A stretch of DNA of 64,000 nt from Blautia sp. (lineage in GTDB: Bacteria > Bacillota > Clostridia > Lachnospirales > Lachnospiraceae), in contig JAMPHB010000002.1 of the NCBI GenBank assembly GCA_023663685.1, positions 64,709 through 128,708 of the forward strand, given 5' to 3'. The notes under the pieces were generated by a model. That model was not told the origin of the DNA, ran no database searches, and saw only the letters and a program-made list of their open reading frames with translations. Made by a program: the position numbers and the translations under genes. Shown one piece after another: positions 1-8,660 of this stretch; positions within the stretch are counted from its first letter, which is position 1, and the number at the start of each line of letters is the position of its first letter.

Positions 1-239
1 ATCGTGCCATACATACAAAGAGGCGACGCAATACCCAGCAGGCTGGCGGGAATCACGCCCCAGATTCCCCACTTTTTATCCCGTATACGTTCAAACGCAT
101 CATGGATTGCATCCTTTGCAAACACCGAAACCATGGAACCGATAATCATACCGCAAATCCAGTACCCGGCAATCTGTCGAAGCTGAATCATAAAGTAGTA
201 GCTGACATAAATAAATTCCCTTTGAATCATCTCACTCAT
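1..239 (-). CDS. Permease, DUF318/ArsP-like; 5' part only, runs off the window
   Basis: Not in the ORF track. Manual translation MSEMIQREFIYVSYYFMIQLRQIAGYWICGMIIGSMVSVF...LLGIASPLCMYGT is hydrophobic with the SPLC motif; start overlaps the stop of the DUF362 gene. Confidence 0.7.
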   Translation of the reverse strand, partial: MSEMIQREFIYVSYYFMIQLRQIAGYWICGMIIGSMVSVFAKDAIHDAFERIRDKKWGIWGVIPASLLGIASPLCMYGT

Positions 240-1284
240 TGATATCCACCAGTTCATAGGTGCGGCTGCCGAGACCTATCTCTTCTGCATGTTCCAGTGT
301 GTGAAGCCCGTTTTGCATTTCCACCCGCTGCTGTAAGCTCCTGCTGCCTTCGGCGGCAAAGCAAAGGTCGATGGCCGCCTGGTCTATGGCCACGGGGTCG
401 GTCGAGGCAAGTATTCCGATGTCGTGGATGTCCGGCTCAGATGGATTTCCATCACAGTCACAGTCGATGGAAATATTATTTAGCACGCTGATATAGATGA
501 TGTACCCGCCATTTCCAAGATAATCCGATACCGATTTCCCTGCCTCTGCCATAGATTCCGTGAATGCGGTCTGGTCTCCGCCCCATGGGCTGGTATGGCT
601 CTGTCCGCCGGTATGAATCAGGCACTTCCCCTCTTTTGAACCAAGGCCGATGGATATATTCTTGATTGCGCCTCCGAAGCCCGCCATTGCATGACCCTTG
701 AAGTGGGAAAGTACGATATAGGAATCATAATTGGTAAAATGGGATCCCACATAATTTGTTTCCAGATAACTTCCGCCTTCCACCGGAAGCTGCACTGAAC
801 CCTCCGCATCAAGAATATCCACATCGGCAATCTCCGTAAAACCATGATCCTCTGCCACCTGCATATGCATAGTGGTCTCTGTACGGGAGCCTCCGTATGC
901 CGTATTGCACTCAACAATCGTGCCCTCCACGGACTGCACCAGATCCTGAATCAGTTCGGGGCGCAGATAATTACTTGCCGGCGGTTCGCCAGTGGAAAGT
1001 TTCACCGCGACACTTCCGGCAGGCGTCCAGCCGAGAGCCTCATAGACTGCCATCATGCCCTCCGGGGAAATATCCGCGGTAAAATAGACAGGCGAAGCCG
1101 ATGATTCTCCATCATTTTCTGCATTCCCCGATGTTTGTGCCGCGCTGGAATCCGCAGAACTCTCCTCCTCATAGGATGGCGGCGCAACGACAGGCGCATC
1201 CTCCTCCGGCCTGACAGTCACACCACAGGCTGTCATCCATAACAACAGACAGAGAAATAAAATAACAGACAGTTTTCTTTTCAT
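232..1284 (-). CDS. DUF362-domain lipoprotein (putative Fe-S protein)
   Basis: Lipobox MTAC; VAVKLSTGE, ECNTAYGG, SHFKGH..AGFGGAIKN, DCDC, DPVAIDQA motifs. Confidence 0.8.
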   Translation of the reverse strand: MKRKLSVILFLCLLLWMTACGVTVRPEEDAPVVAPPSYEEESSADSSAAQTSGNAENDGESSASPVYFTADISPEGMMAVYEALGWTPAGSVAVKLSTGEPPASNYLRPELIQDLVQSVEGTIVECNTAYGGSRTETTMHMQVAEDHGFTEIADVDILDAEGSVQLPVEGGSYLETNYVGSHFTNYDSYIVLSHFKGHAMAGFGGAIKNISIGLGSKEGKCLIHTGGQSHTSPWGGDQTAFTESMAEAGKSVSDYLGNGGYIIYISVLNNISIDCDCDGNPSEPDIHDIGILASTDPVAIDQAAIDLCFAAEGSRSLQQRVEMQNGLHTLEHAEEIGLGSRTYELVDINE

Positions 1285-1379
1285 GGATTTATCCTCCTTC
1301 TGAGCTTATTATAAAAAAATCGAGACTCCATGTGAATTCTCGATTAGTACAACAGTATATACAAAAAGTTATAGCTGAA

Positions 1380-2147
1380 TTATTCAATGACATACACAAT
1401 CTCTCCCTCAACGATCTCGCTGCTTTCTTTGACTGCTGTTTGCCCGCTTATGCAGAATGCCGGACGCACACCGGAAACTCTCTCTGCCGTACTGTCCCCA
1501 ACCCCCTTCGTAGTAACCGTTACTACCAGACACGTTGCCCTAAGCTCTGGTGTCCTTGTCCAGTATGGGCAGGGACTTCCATCTTGAAAATACGCTACTT
1601 TTACACTGTATTCCTTGTCCTTGAAGTATTTTAACGGTGTTCCTTCTTTTGTTGTTGTATAACCGTCAAACCCTTTTATCCCTAATTCCACAGACGAGAG
1701 CAAAAAGACTTTGCGGCTGATCTCATGGGTCACATACTCCCATTCATGGTAGCGGTCCATGTCTGTAACTTCTATCGTACTGTCCACGACCAGTTCCCTC
1801 GTTTCTTCACTGAGCGAATCCAAAAATGATGAATTCAGAAAATCATCTATGGTGCTTTTTTCGTAATACGAGCCGTTTTCATATCTGGCCCACCCCTCTT
1901 CATGCTCCTTATACGCTCTCAGCTCCGGCAATACATACTTTCTGAGCAGCAAAGTGTTTCCATTATAATCGGATGTTAATACCAGATAGGGAACATACTC
2001 GTCATTCTCCTTTATATAAACAACCGGATTATCTCTGGACTTATCATATGCAATCTTCTCTATTGTCAAATCCCTGCTTCCGCATCCACAGATCACCAGT
2101 ACTACAGACAGCAACACAAAAAACAGCACAGTACGTTTCTCTCTCAT
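1380..2147 (-). CDS. Lipoprotein, DUF6273-like
   Basis: Signal peptide with ICGC lipobox; KVFLLSSVE, YWTRTP, GVRPAF motifs. Confidence 0.65.
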   Translation of the reverse strand: MREKRTVLFFVLLSVVLVICGCGSRDLTIEKIAYDKSRDNPVVYIKENDEYVPYLVLTSDYNGNTLLLRKYVLPELRAYKEHEEGWARYENGSYYEKSTIDDFLNSSFLDSLSEETRELVVDSTIEVTDMDRYHEWEYVTHEISRKVFLLSSVELGIKGFDGYTTTKEGTPLKYFKDKEYSVKVAYFQDGSPCPYWTRTPELRATCLVVTVTTKGVGDSTAERVSGVRPAFCISGQTAVKESSEIVEGEIVYVIE

Positions 2148-2198
2148 GTAAACCTCCTAAACACAAGCTTCCATTTATAGAAACCTCAGGTAATACCT

Positions 2199-2268
2199 TA
2201 CGCTATTATATTTCAAATCGCAATCCCTTCCCTCCCCAACGGTCGTATTCCCTCCCCAACGGTCATAT
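2199..2268 (-). promoter_or_regulatory. Putative LytTR-activated promoter, copy A
   Basis: Direct repeat ttccctccccaacggtc at 2228-2244 and 2248-2264 (20-bp period) covers the -35 position of a minus-strand TATAAT (2205-2210). Confidence 0.65.
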
Positions 2269-2422
2269 GCCAAGCGCTACCAAAATGCTTCCTGTACAAT
2301 TTCCTATTGCAGAAACTTGTCACTATGGTAGAATATATATGGGTGTTACCAAAACGGTAGCGGTTCGCCTTTTGCCAAATGAGTACATTTGAGAGCTTCC
2401 AGTATCATGGGAGGTGGTACAT

Positions 2423-2467
2423 ATGGAAAATAAAGTGAAGGGTAAGCACTATTGGTGTTCGGAATGA
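2423..2467 (+). CDS. 14-aa leader ORF MENKVKGKHYWCSE, coupled to the toxin ORF
   Basis: Strong SD GGAGGTGG; its TGA overlaps the next ATG (ATGA at 2464-2467). Confidence 0.45.
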   Translation: MENKVKGKHYWCSE

Positions 2468-2586
2468 TTTTGGAGCTTGTCGGTACTGTGGTGACAATGA
2501 TCAGCATCATTGTCACAGTTATCAGTATCCGACAGACCAGAAAAAATAAAAAACATCAAAAAAGCAACCGCACAAGCCAAAGTTAG
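2464..2586 (+). CDS. Putative type I toxin, 40 aa, MILELVGTVVTMISIIVTVISIRQTRKNKKHQKSNRTSQS
   Basis: Single hydrophobic helix plus basic tail; mRNA 5'/3' fold-back; convergent antisense promoter. Confidence 0.65.
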   Translation: MILELVGTVVTMISIIVTVISIRQTRKNKKHQKSNRTSQS

Positions 2587-2650
2587 GTTGCTTTTTTGAT
2601 TAGCAATTAACAAGGCGAACCGTTGCTTTACGGTAACACCTTTTCTTGTA
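2555..2650 (-). ncRNA. Putative antisense antitoxin RNA, TA locus 1
   Basis: Minus-strand TTGACG-N17-TAAGAT promoter (2683-2655); hairpin atcaaaaaagcaacc/ggttgcttttttgat (2555-2600) gives a U-tract terminator. Confidence 0.55.
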
Positions 2651-2708
2651 ATGTATCTTAGCACTTATCAGTGCAACCGTCAACCATTTTTTCACACACA
2701 AACCTCCA

Positions 2709-2778
2709 TACGCTATTATATTTCAAATCGCAACCCCTTCCCTCCCCAACTGTTGTTTTTCCTCCCCAACGGTCATAT
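2709..2778 (-). promoter_or_regulatory. Putative LytTR-activated promoter, copy B, inside the 3' end of the kinase gene
   Basis: Near-identical to 2199-2268 (offset 510 bp); cctccccaac at 2741 and 2761; TATAAT at 2715-2720; followed by GGAGG. Confidence 0.6.
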
Positions 2779-3973
2779 TCAGCGTAACCTCTGCCTTATA
2801 GTTCCCATTCTCAACCTCTGCCTTATAGCTCCCCTCATATTTCTCTGCAACACTCTTTACATTCCGAAGTCCCAGACCATGATTCTGTTTATCCGCTTTG
2901 GAAGTCGCCGGGATGTCATCCTTATCGAAACAAAGTTCTCCCTCCATATCATTTTCCACATAAACCCTCAGATATGTTTCACCCTGATTCAATGTAATGA
3001 TGAGGTGCGTCCGTGTATCCTTCATCCGGTTCAGCGCCTCTACTGCATTTTTAACCAGATTGGATACGACTGTGCACAGATCCAGTTGTTCTATACCAAG
3101 ATGCTCCGAGACATATCCCTCCACAATTACCTTACACTCCTGCGGCAGATAATGATTCAGCATCACGTTGATCGCTGTATTTCCAACATCATACTGACTA
3201 TTGCTGATACCGGTGATTCCCTCCAGCAGGTTCGCAAGATATGTCTCTGCCTGCCCATATGCGCCTGTCCTGCAAAAGTTTTGCAATTCCAGCAAATGGT
3301 TAATCATATCATGCCGAAACTGTCTGGTTTCCGTCTCCCGCGCCAGCATATTCTCATAATATTCCTGCTGTTGCAGCTGATACTGCCTTAACAGTTCGTT
3401 TTGGCTGCTTTGCCTTAATGTATCATTCAAATACCACACTAAAATAAAAAGCAGCGTAAAAATTCCGATTGTACCAAATAATAAAATCATCACATTGTTC
3501 CTTTGCGTCCCTACGCCAAATGCATGCATTCCCACAAGAAAATAGGCCACCATAATTGTGATTACAGCAACCGCAATGCCAAGAGTAATCTTAATCTTTA
3601 CCGGAAGCTGCAGCACATTTCGCTCCAGGCGCCGTCCAATCAGGGCATAAAATCCCCATATCCCTGCAATTATAATCAATGTATATACTATATTATTGAC
3701 CACTGCTGAAAAATGTCCCCATACCATAAGCATATACAGCAGCACTATTTCGGCAAGCGATAATACTGCAAAACTGACCAGAAAAATCCTGACTGCCTCA
3801 CCAGCCCTTAAATCAAAAATCACATATAACAGCAATAAAATAAAAAGATATACCGGACAGATAAGCATTCCGTCATTCCATCCGTTCCAGGCCGCGGCCA
3901 TTCCCCAGGCCAGCGCAGCCGCACCTCCGGCGCTTATCCGCTTATTCATCTGCACCGGTTTCTTGTGAAACAC
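2723..3973 (-). CDS. AgrC/VirS-like membrane sensor histidine kinase (GHKL)
   Basis: Multiple TM helices; H-box FRHDMINH; N-box SNLVKNAVEA; G-box HGLGL. Confidence 0.9.
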   Translation of the reverse strand: MFHKKPVQMNKRISAGGAAALAWGMAAAWNGWNDGMLICPVYLFILLLLYVIFDLRAGEAVRIFLVSFAVLSLAEIVLLYMLMVWGHFSAVVNNIVYTLIIIAGIWGFYALIGRRLERNVLQLPVKIKITLGIAVAVITIMVAYFLVGMHAFGVGTQRNNVMILLFGTIGIFTLLFILVWYLNDTLRQSSQNELLRQYQLQQQEYYENMLARETETRQFRHDMINHLLELQNFCRTGAYGQAETYLANLLEGITGISNSQYDVGNTAINVMLNHYLPQECKVIVEGYVSEHLGIEQLDLCTVVSNLVKNAVEALNRMKDTRTHLIITLNQGETYLRVYVENDMEGELCFDKDDIPATSKADKQNHGLGLRNVKSVAEKYEGSYKAEVENGNYKAEVTLNMTVGEEKQQLGREGVAI

Positions 3974-4665
3974 TACATAACAAAAAGAAATTTCATGTAT
4001 CTTGACTGCAGCTCTCTTCGCTTTCGGCGGGACACCTCTACTTTGTCCCCTGTCTTCATCTGAAGCGCAGCGTCTCCGATGGACTCAATCTCCGCCAGAT
4101 TCACAATATAAGATTTGTGGCATTGAAAAAACAGCTTTTTTTCCAGTATCTCCTGCCATTGTGCCAGAGAGCCTTCACTTCGAAACTGTTCCTCCCTTGT
4201 ATAGACAATGGTTTCCGACCGGTTTGCCGCGATATATACAATTCTATTCTGAGTAAGCTCATATGATACTCCCTCTCTGTACACCGTGACCTTCGTTACT
4301 CCCAGCAGGCGACGGTACACATCCTCCAGCGCACGCAGCAGCTCATTTGAATCAATTGGTTTTGTGACAAAACGAAACGCGTTAATCTCAAAGGCTTCCT
4401 TAAACCGCTCCCTCTTGCTGGTAAGCATAATGATTTTATACGAAATCCCCCGCCGCTGCAATTTCCTCGCCGCCTCAATCCCGTCCATTTCCGGCATGTC
4501 AATGTCCAGCAAAAGACAATCCATGGGTTCCTTCGATGCCAGTAACTGCTCAGCGGAATCAAAATGCAGCAGAACATAATCTTTTCCTAATATCTCTGCC
4601 ACCAAAGCATGGATTGCCTTCTCATCATCACATAATCCGATTTTAAGAGTTTTCGTATCTGTCAT
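3973..4665 (-). CDS. LytTR-family response regulator (AgrA-like)
   Basis: Receiver domain LCDD, LLDIDMPEMDG, KP; LytTR motif FFQCHKSYIVN. Confidence 0.93.
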   Translation of the reverse strand: MTDTKTLKIGLCDDEKAIHALVAEILGKDYVLLHFDSAEQLLASKEPMDCLLLDIDMPEMDGIEAARKLQRRGISYKIIMLTSKRERFKEAFEINAFRFVTKPIDSNELLRALEDVYRRLLGVTKVTVYREGVSYELTQNRIVYIAANRSETIVYTREEQFRSEGSLAQWQEILEKKLFFQCHKSYIVNLAEIESIGDAALQMKTGDKVEVSRRKRRELQSRYMKFLFVM

Positions 4666-4892
4666 AATTCTATCCTTTTACAGTCGTACAGCATCTCTAC
4701 TATAAAAGAATAAAATATTTTGTCCTATTTTGCAAGGCTGTATTGCTTTGCCTTCACAGCAAAATTTCCTGAATCTACCCTCTGAATAACCATGAAAAAA
4801 ATCTCTCTTCATAATCCGGCAAAAACAAATAGACTTTTCATCCCGGCTGTGATATACTTATATCCATCAAAAAACAGAAAGTGGGTGCTTGT

Positions 4893-5045
4893 ATGACAGA
4901 CAAACAATTACGATATATCAATAGGCTAACCGTATTTGTAAGAAAACTGTTAAAACTCGTTCCACAGGAAAAACGAGAAGAACTTGAAAATGAGTTTGAC
5001 AGTATCCTTTTAGAAGTTACAGAACCAGACAACCAAAACAATTAG
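4893..5045 (+). CDS. Small hypothetical protein, 50 aa, MTDKQLRYINRLTVFVRKLLK...
   Basis: Below the ORF-track cutoff; SD-like gaaagtgggtg upstream; terminator directly downstream. Confidence 0.5.
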   Translation: MTDKQLRYINRLTVFVRKLLKLVPQEKREELENEFDSILLEVTEPDNQNN

Positions 5046-5056
5046 ATAACTCAAAT

Positions 5057-5099
5057 AAAGGTGTAAAGTCTATTCAGTTATTAAGGCTCTACACCTTTT
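5057..5099 (+). terminator. Intrinsic terminator
   Basis: aaaggtgta...tacacctttt hairpin. Confidence 0.55.
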
Positions 5100-5174
5100 A
5101 CTTGTAGATTATATGGTAAGTAAATATGTATAGAACACATATTTTACCGTTAAAAAAGTAAAGGAAAATCTATA

Positions 5175-5969
5175 ATGAAAATTACATCTTTAGTGGAAAA
5201 TACAAGTAAATGCGAGCTCATGGCCAGACACGGACTGTCCTTATATATCGAAACGCAAAGCCACAAAATACTGTTTGATTTGGGGCCTGACCGTACTCTC
5301 TTTGACAATGCAAAGAAAAGAAATATTGACCTTGCGGCAATTGATACCGTTATTATTTCTCACGGGCATACAGACCACGGAGGCGCCCTTCGGGATTTTT
5401 TGAAGATAAATAACAGCGCAGGCGTGTATATCCGGAGGAACGCCTTTGAACCGCATTACAGTAAGACGCTTTTCCTAAAAATTCCGGTTGGAATTGATAA
5501 AGCGCTTAAGACGCATCCTCAGATTATTTTAACTGACGGCGATTACAGAATTGATGATGAATTATTTCTATTTACCGTCAGCGAAACCGGCGAGTGCCAC
5601 TCCACCGCAAACAATGTACTGTATGACAAAAACGGCAGGGATAATTTTTCCCACGAGCAGAATTTGGTAATTACAGAAAATCCGGCTGCACTCATTATGG
5701 GGTGCGGACACACTGGCGTTGTCAACATTATGAATAAGGCAAAGCATTATCAGCCAAAAATATGCGTGGGCGGCTTTCATCTGTATAATCCAATCACCAA
5801 AAAATGTGTGCCCGCTGCTCTGCTAAATGAGATTGCCTGCGCTCTAAATGATTATAGGGATACAGAATTTTATACCTGTCACTGTACCGGCAAAAAGGCA
5901 TTTGAATACCTGTCAAAGCAAATGCCGAATTTGTTTTATCTGTCCTGCGGAGAAACAATTGCGCTTTAG
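5175..5969 (+). CDS. MBL-fold metallo-hydrolase
   Basis: HGLSLYIE, ILFDLG, SHGHTDHGG, GCGH, GGFH, CHCTG motifs. Confidence 0.88.
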   Translation: MKITSLVENTSKCELMARHGLSLYIETQSHKILFDLGPDRTLFDNAKKRNIDLAAIDTVIISHGHTDHGGALRDFLKINNSAGVYIRRNAFEPHYSKTLFLKIPVGIDKALKTHPQIILTDGDYRIDDELFLFTVSETGECHSTANNVLYDKNGRDNFSHEQNLVITENPAALIMGCGHTGVVNIMNKAKHYQPKICVGGFHLYNPITKKCVPAALLNEIACALNDYRDTEFYTCHCTGKKAFEYLSKQMPNLFYLSCGETIAL

Positions 5970-5999
5970 TGCCCGCGGGAAGGTATGTGAATGCCACTT

Positions 6000-8654
6000 T
6001 CACAGATACCTCCGCTCAAATTCCTCCAGCTTCATTGGCTTGCCGAAGTAATAGCCCTGCACCATACCGATGTGCATGTGGGAGAGCACCGCGAGCTGTT
6101 TTCCCGTCTCCACGCCCTCCACACAGACCTTTACGCCGATGGTCGCCGCCAGCTCCGCCACCATCTTCACAAAAGCATCGGAGAAATCGTCCTCTCCCAG
6201 ATGCTCGACAAAACAGCGGTCGATCTTGATCACGTCCAGCGGCATCTCCCGGATATGGTTTAAGGAAGAATAGCCCGTGCCGAAATCATCCAGCGCCACC
6301 CGGACGCCGAGATCCCGGATTTCACTTAAAATCCGCTTCATACAGTCCATATCGTCGATTGCCAGACTCTCCGTCACCTCAAGCGTCAGATTCTGCGGTT
6401 TCAGACGGCTGTCCCTCAGGACATTTTTCACCTTCTGCACAACGTCGCTCTGCAAAAGCTGCACCACCGAGAGATTCACGTTCACCTTATAGTCTTTTCC
6501 CTTGTCATTCCAGCATTTGCAACGCTTCGCCGCTTTTTTGAGCACATGCTCCCCGATGGGGTTGATGAGTCCCAGATACTCTGCCAGCGGGATAAAGGCA
6601 TCCGGCCCCACAAAGCCCATCTCCTTCGAGTTCCAGCGCACCAGCGCCTCCGCTCCGCAGCAGGGCGCCCCCTCCTTCGTCACGTCAATGATCGGCTGGT
6701 AGTACACCTCAAATTCACTGCAGGCCGCCAGTGCCGCCGCCCGCATATTTTTCTCCATATCCAGTCTTCTGCTGGCGGAAAAATCGTCCTTTTCGCTATA
6801 GTACTCGACGCGGTTTTTCCCCTTCCGTTTCGCCGCCAGAAGAGCCATGTCCGCCTTGCGGATCAGCTCCTCCACTGTGCCGCCGTCCGTAGGGAAGCAG
6901 GCGATGCCCATACTCATCGTACAGTAATAATCCTCCCCCTTTAAAAACCACGGCTTGGAAAAAATCGCCATCGTCTCCTGCGTAATCCGCCCCAGCTGCG
7001 CATCCGCCGTGTCCGGCACAAGAATCACAAACTCATCCCCTCCCATGCGGTAGCAGCTGTTCTCCACCCCGGAAATATGCCTCAGGCTGTGGGAAATCGC
7101 TTTTAAAAGAATATCTCCGTATTTATGTCCCAGCCCATCGTTGATGTGCTTAAAATCATCGAGATCCATGTAGAGCAGCGCGCCCTGCCTCTTTCCGGCC
7201 TTTGCCTCCTCTATGCACTTCTCCAGATCCTGCTCACAGCGCATCCGGTTATACAGCCCGGTCAAAAAATCACTGTTGGCGCGGTTTTCAATCTCCTTCT
7301 GATAGACCTTCTTATCCGTAATGTCGTACAGGGTGCACAGACTCACACTGCGGCCGTCCACCCAGCTGATCGGCGTCTTGTAAACGTCCAGCCAGCGTTC
7401 CTCCTCCACCGAATAGATTTCCCCGCAATAGCGGCTTCTTTTTACCTCCTGCTCGCCAAAGACCAGCTCGTCCAGCTTCCCCGCCGCGATGCTCTGGGAA
7501 AACAGGCTCTGAAGCTTCTGGTTCATATACAGAATCGAGCGGCTGGCATAGTCCGCCACATAGATTCCGCAGCCCGCATTTTCCAGTATCTCCTCCAGCG
7601 CCGCATAGGAGCTGGCCAGAGAATTTTTCACAATCCGCCGGGAGAGGATGCTCTGCACCACATGCTTGACGTCATTGACAAAATCCACATCCTCGTTCGC
7701 CCACTCCCGCTCCTTGCCATTCTCAAAAAAGCACAGATACATGAGCAGCCGCTTCTCTACCTCTAAAGGCATACAGAGCATGGCGGAGATGCCGCAGGTC
7801 TCAAAATAGCGGGCAAAGCGCTCCGGCTTCATGGAATCGGAGGACACCAGATAGGGCTTTCCGTCAAAAAAGGGAAATGTACCGACCGGCATATGCTGCA
7901 TTTTATCCAGCATGGAAAACTGCTCATCTGCCACATACTCACAGACCATATCCGCCGTCTTTCCTTCGGCGTCCGCCCGAATCAGGCAGCCGCCGTCGAT
8001 GTTAAGGCTCATGCAGGTCTCACGAATCACGTTCTGGATCAGGCTCTGGAAACCGTCGTCCGACTCCAGGCTCCTCACCACCTCGGTCATGGTCTGGGAG
8101 CGGCTCAGCTGCCTTTGCACCGCCGACTCCGCCTCCGCGCTTCTCTTTAGGGCGGACTGGGCGGCAAGCTGCTGGTTTTTCGCCGAAAAGACCATGCCCG
8201 ACATCGCCTCTAAAAACTCCATGGACTGATAGAAGCGTTCCTCCGTCGTCCGCAGCATATATGCCGGAATCTCGTCTCCTTCGCCCTGCTTATCCTCCAG
8301 AAAAGCAAGCGCTATCCAGAAAAATGCGGGCTTTCCCTCAAGCCTCGTACAAACGCCGCACATTTTCACATAGGGCTCGTCCAGGGCAAGTTCCTGCATA
8401 TTCTCCGGCACCTCCGTGTCCATGCGGCGCATAAGGCGCATAAATTCCACCTCGTCCACCAGACTTCGCAGATATGCCAGCTCCCCGTCGCTGCCGTAAG
8501 GCTTTATGAGTTCCCCGGCCTCTTTATCAAAACAGGCGAGATAGATCTGGTTCGTGCGGCAGAACTTCTCCTGCAGAAGCTGCAAAAGCTCCACGTCCAC
8601 CAGCTCCCCTGCGGCATTCTCTGCCCTCTGCTGTTTCACTCCGATATCTGCCAT
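6000..8654 (-). CDS. Diguanylate cyclase/phosphodiesterase (sensor-GAF-PAS-GGDEF-EAL)
   Basis: Intact RMGGDEF, AEALVRW and DDFGTGYSSL motifs. Confidence 0.92.
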   Translation of the reverse strand: MADIGVKQQRAENAAGELVDVELLQLLQEKFCRTNQIYLACFDKEAGELIKPYGSDGELAYLRSLVDEVEFMRLMRRMDTEVPENMQELALDEPYVKMCGVCTRLEGKPAFFWIALAFLEDKQGEGDEIPAYMLRTTEERFYQSMEFLEAMSGMVFSAKNQQLAAQSALKRSAEAESAVQRQLSRSQTMTEVVRSLESDDGFQSLIQNVIRETCMSLNIDGGCLIRADAEGKTADMVCEYVADEQFSMLDKMQHMPVGTFPFFDGKPYLVSSDSMKPERFARYFETCGISAMLCMPLEVEKRLLMYLCFFENGKEREWANEDVDFVNDVKHVVQSILSRRIVKNSLASSYAALEEILENAGCGIYVADYASRSILYMNQKLQSLFSQSIAAGKLDELVFGEQEVKRSRYCGEIYSVEEERWLDVYKTPISWVDGRSVSLCTLYDITDKKVYQKEIENRANSDFLTGLYNRMRCEQDLEKCIEEAKAGKRQGALLYMDLDDFKHINDGLGHKYGDILLKAISHSLRHISGVENSCYRMGGDEFVILVPDTADAQLGRITQETMAIFSKPWFLKGEDYYCTMSMGIACFPTDGGTVEELIRKADMALLAAKRKGKNRVEYYSEKDDFSASRRLDMEKNMRAAALAACSEFEVYYQPIIDVTKEGAPCCGAEALVRWNSKEMGFVGPDAFIPLAEYLGLINPIGEHVLKKAAKRCKCWNDKGKDYKVNVNLSVVQLLQSDVVQKVKNVLRDSRLKPQNLTLEVTESLAIDDMDCMKRILSEIRDLGVRVALDDFGTGYSSLNHIREMPLDVIKIDRCFVEHLGEDDFSDAFVKMVAELAATIGVKVCVEGVETGKQLAVLSHMHIGMVQGYYFGKPMKLEEFERRYL

Positions 8655-8660
8655 CGCGAC

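Noticed and set aside
2449-2664. 71-aa minus-strand ORF in the track
   Set aside because: Its start lies inside the antisense promoter with no SD; better explained as the antitoxin region
2787-2835. 27-bp duplication in the kinase gene (YKAEV x2)
   Set aside because: Small in-frame duplication in the terminal beta-strands with no evident significance
5133-5144. LexA-like GAACACATATTT upstream of the MBL hydrolase
   Set aside because: Two mismatches in the right half-site in AT-rich DNA; too weak
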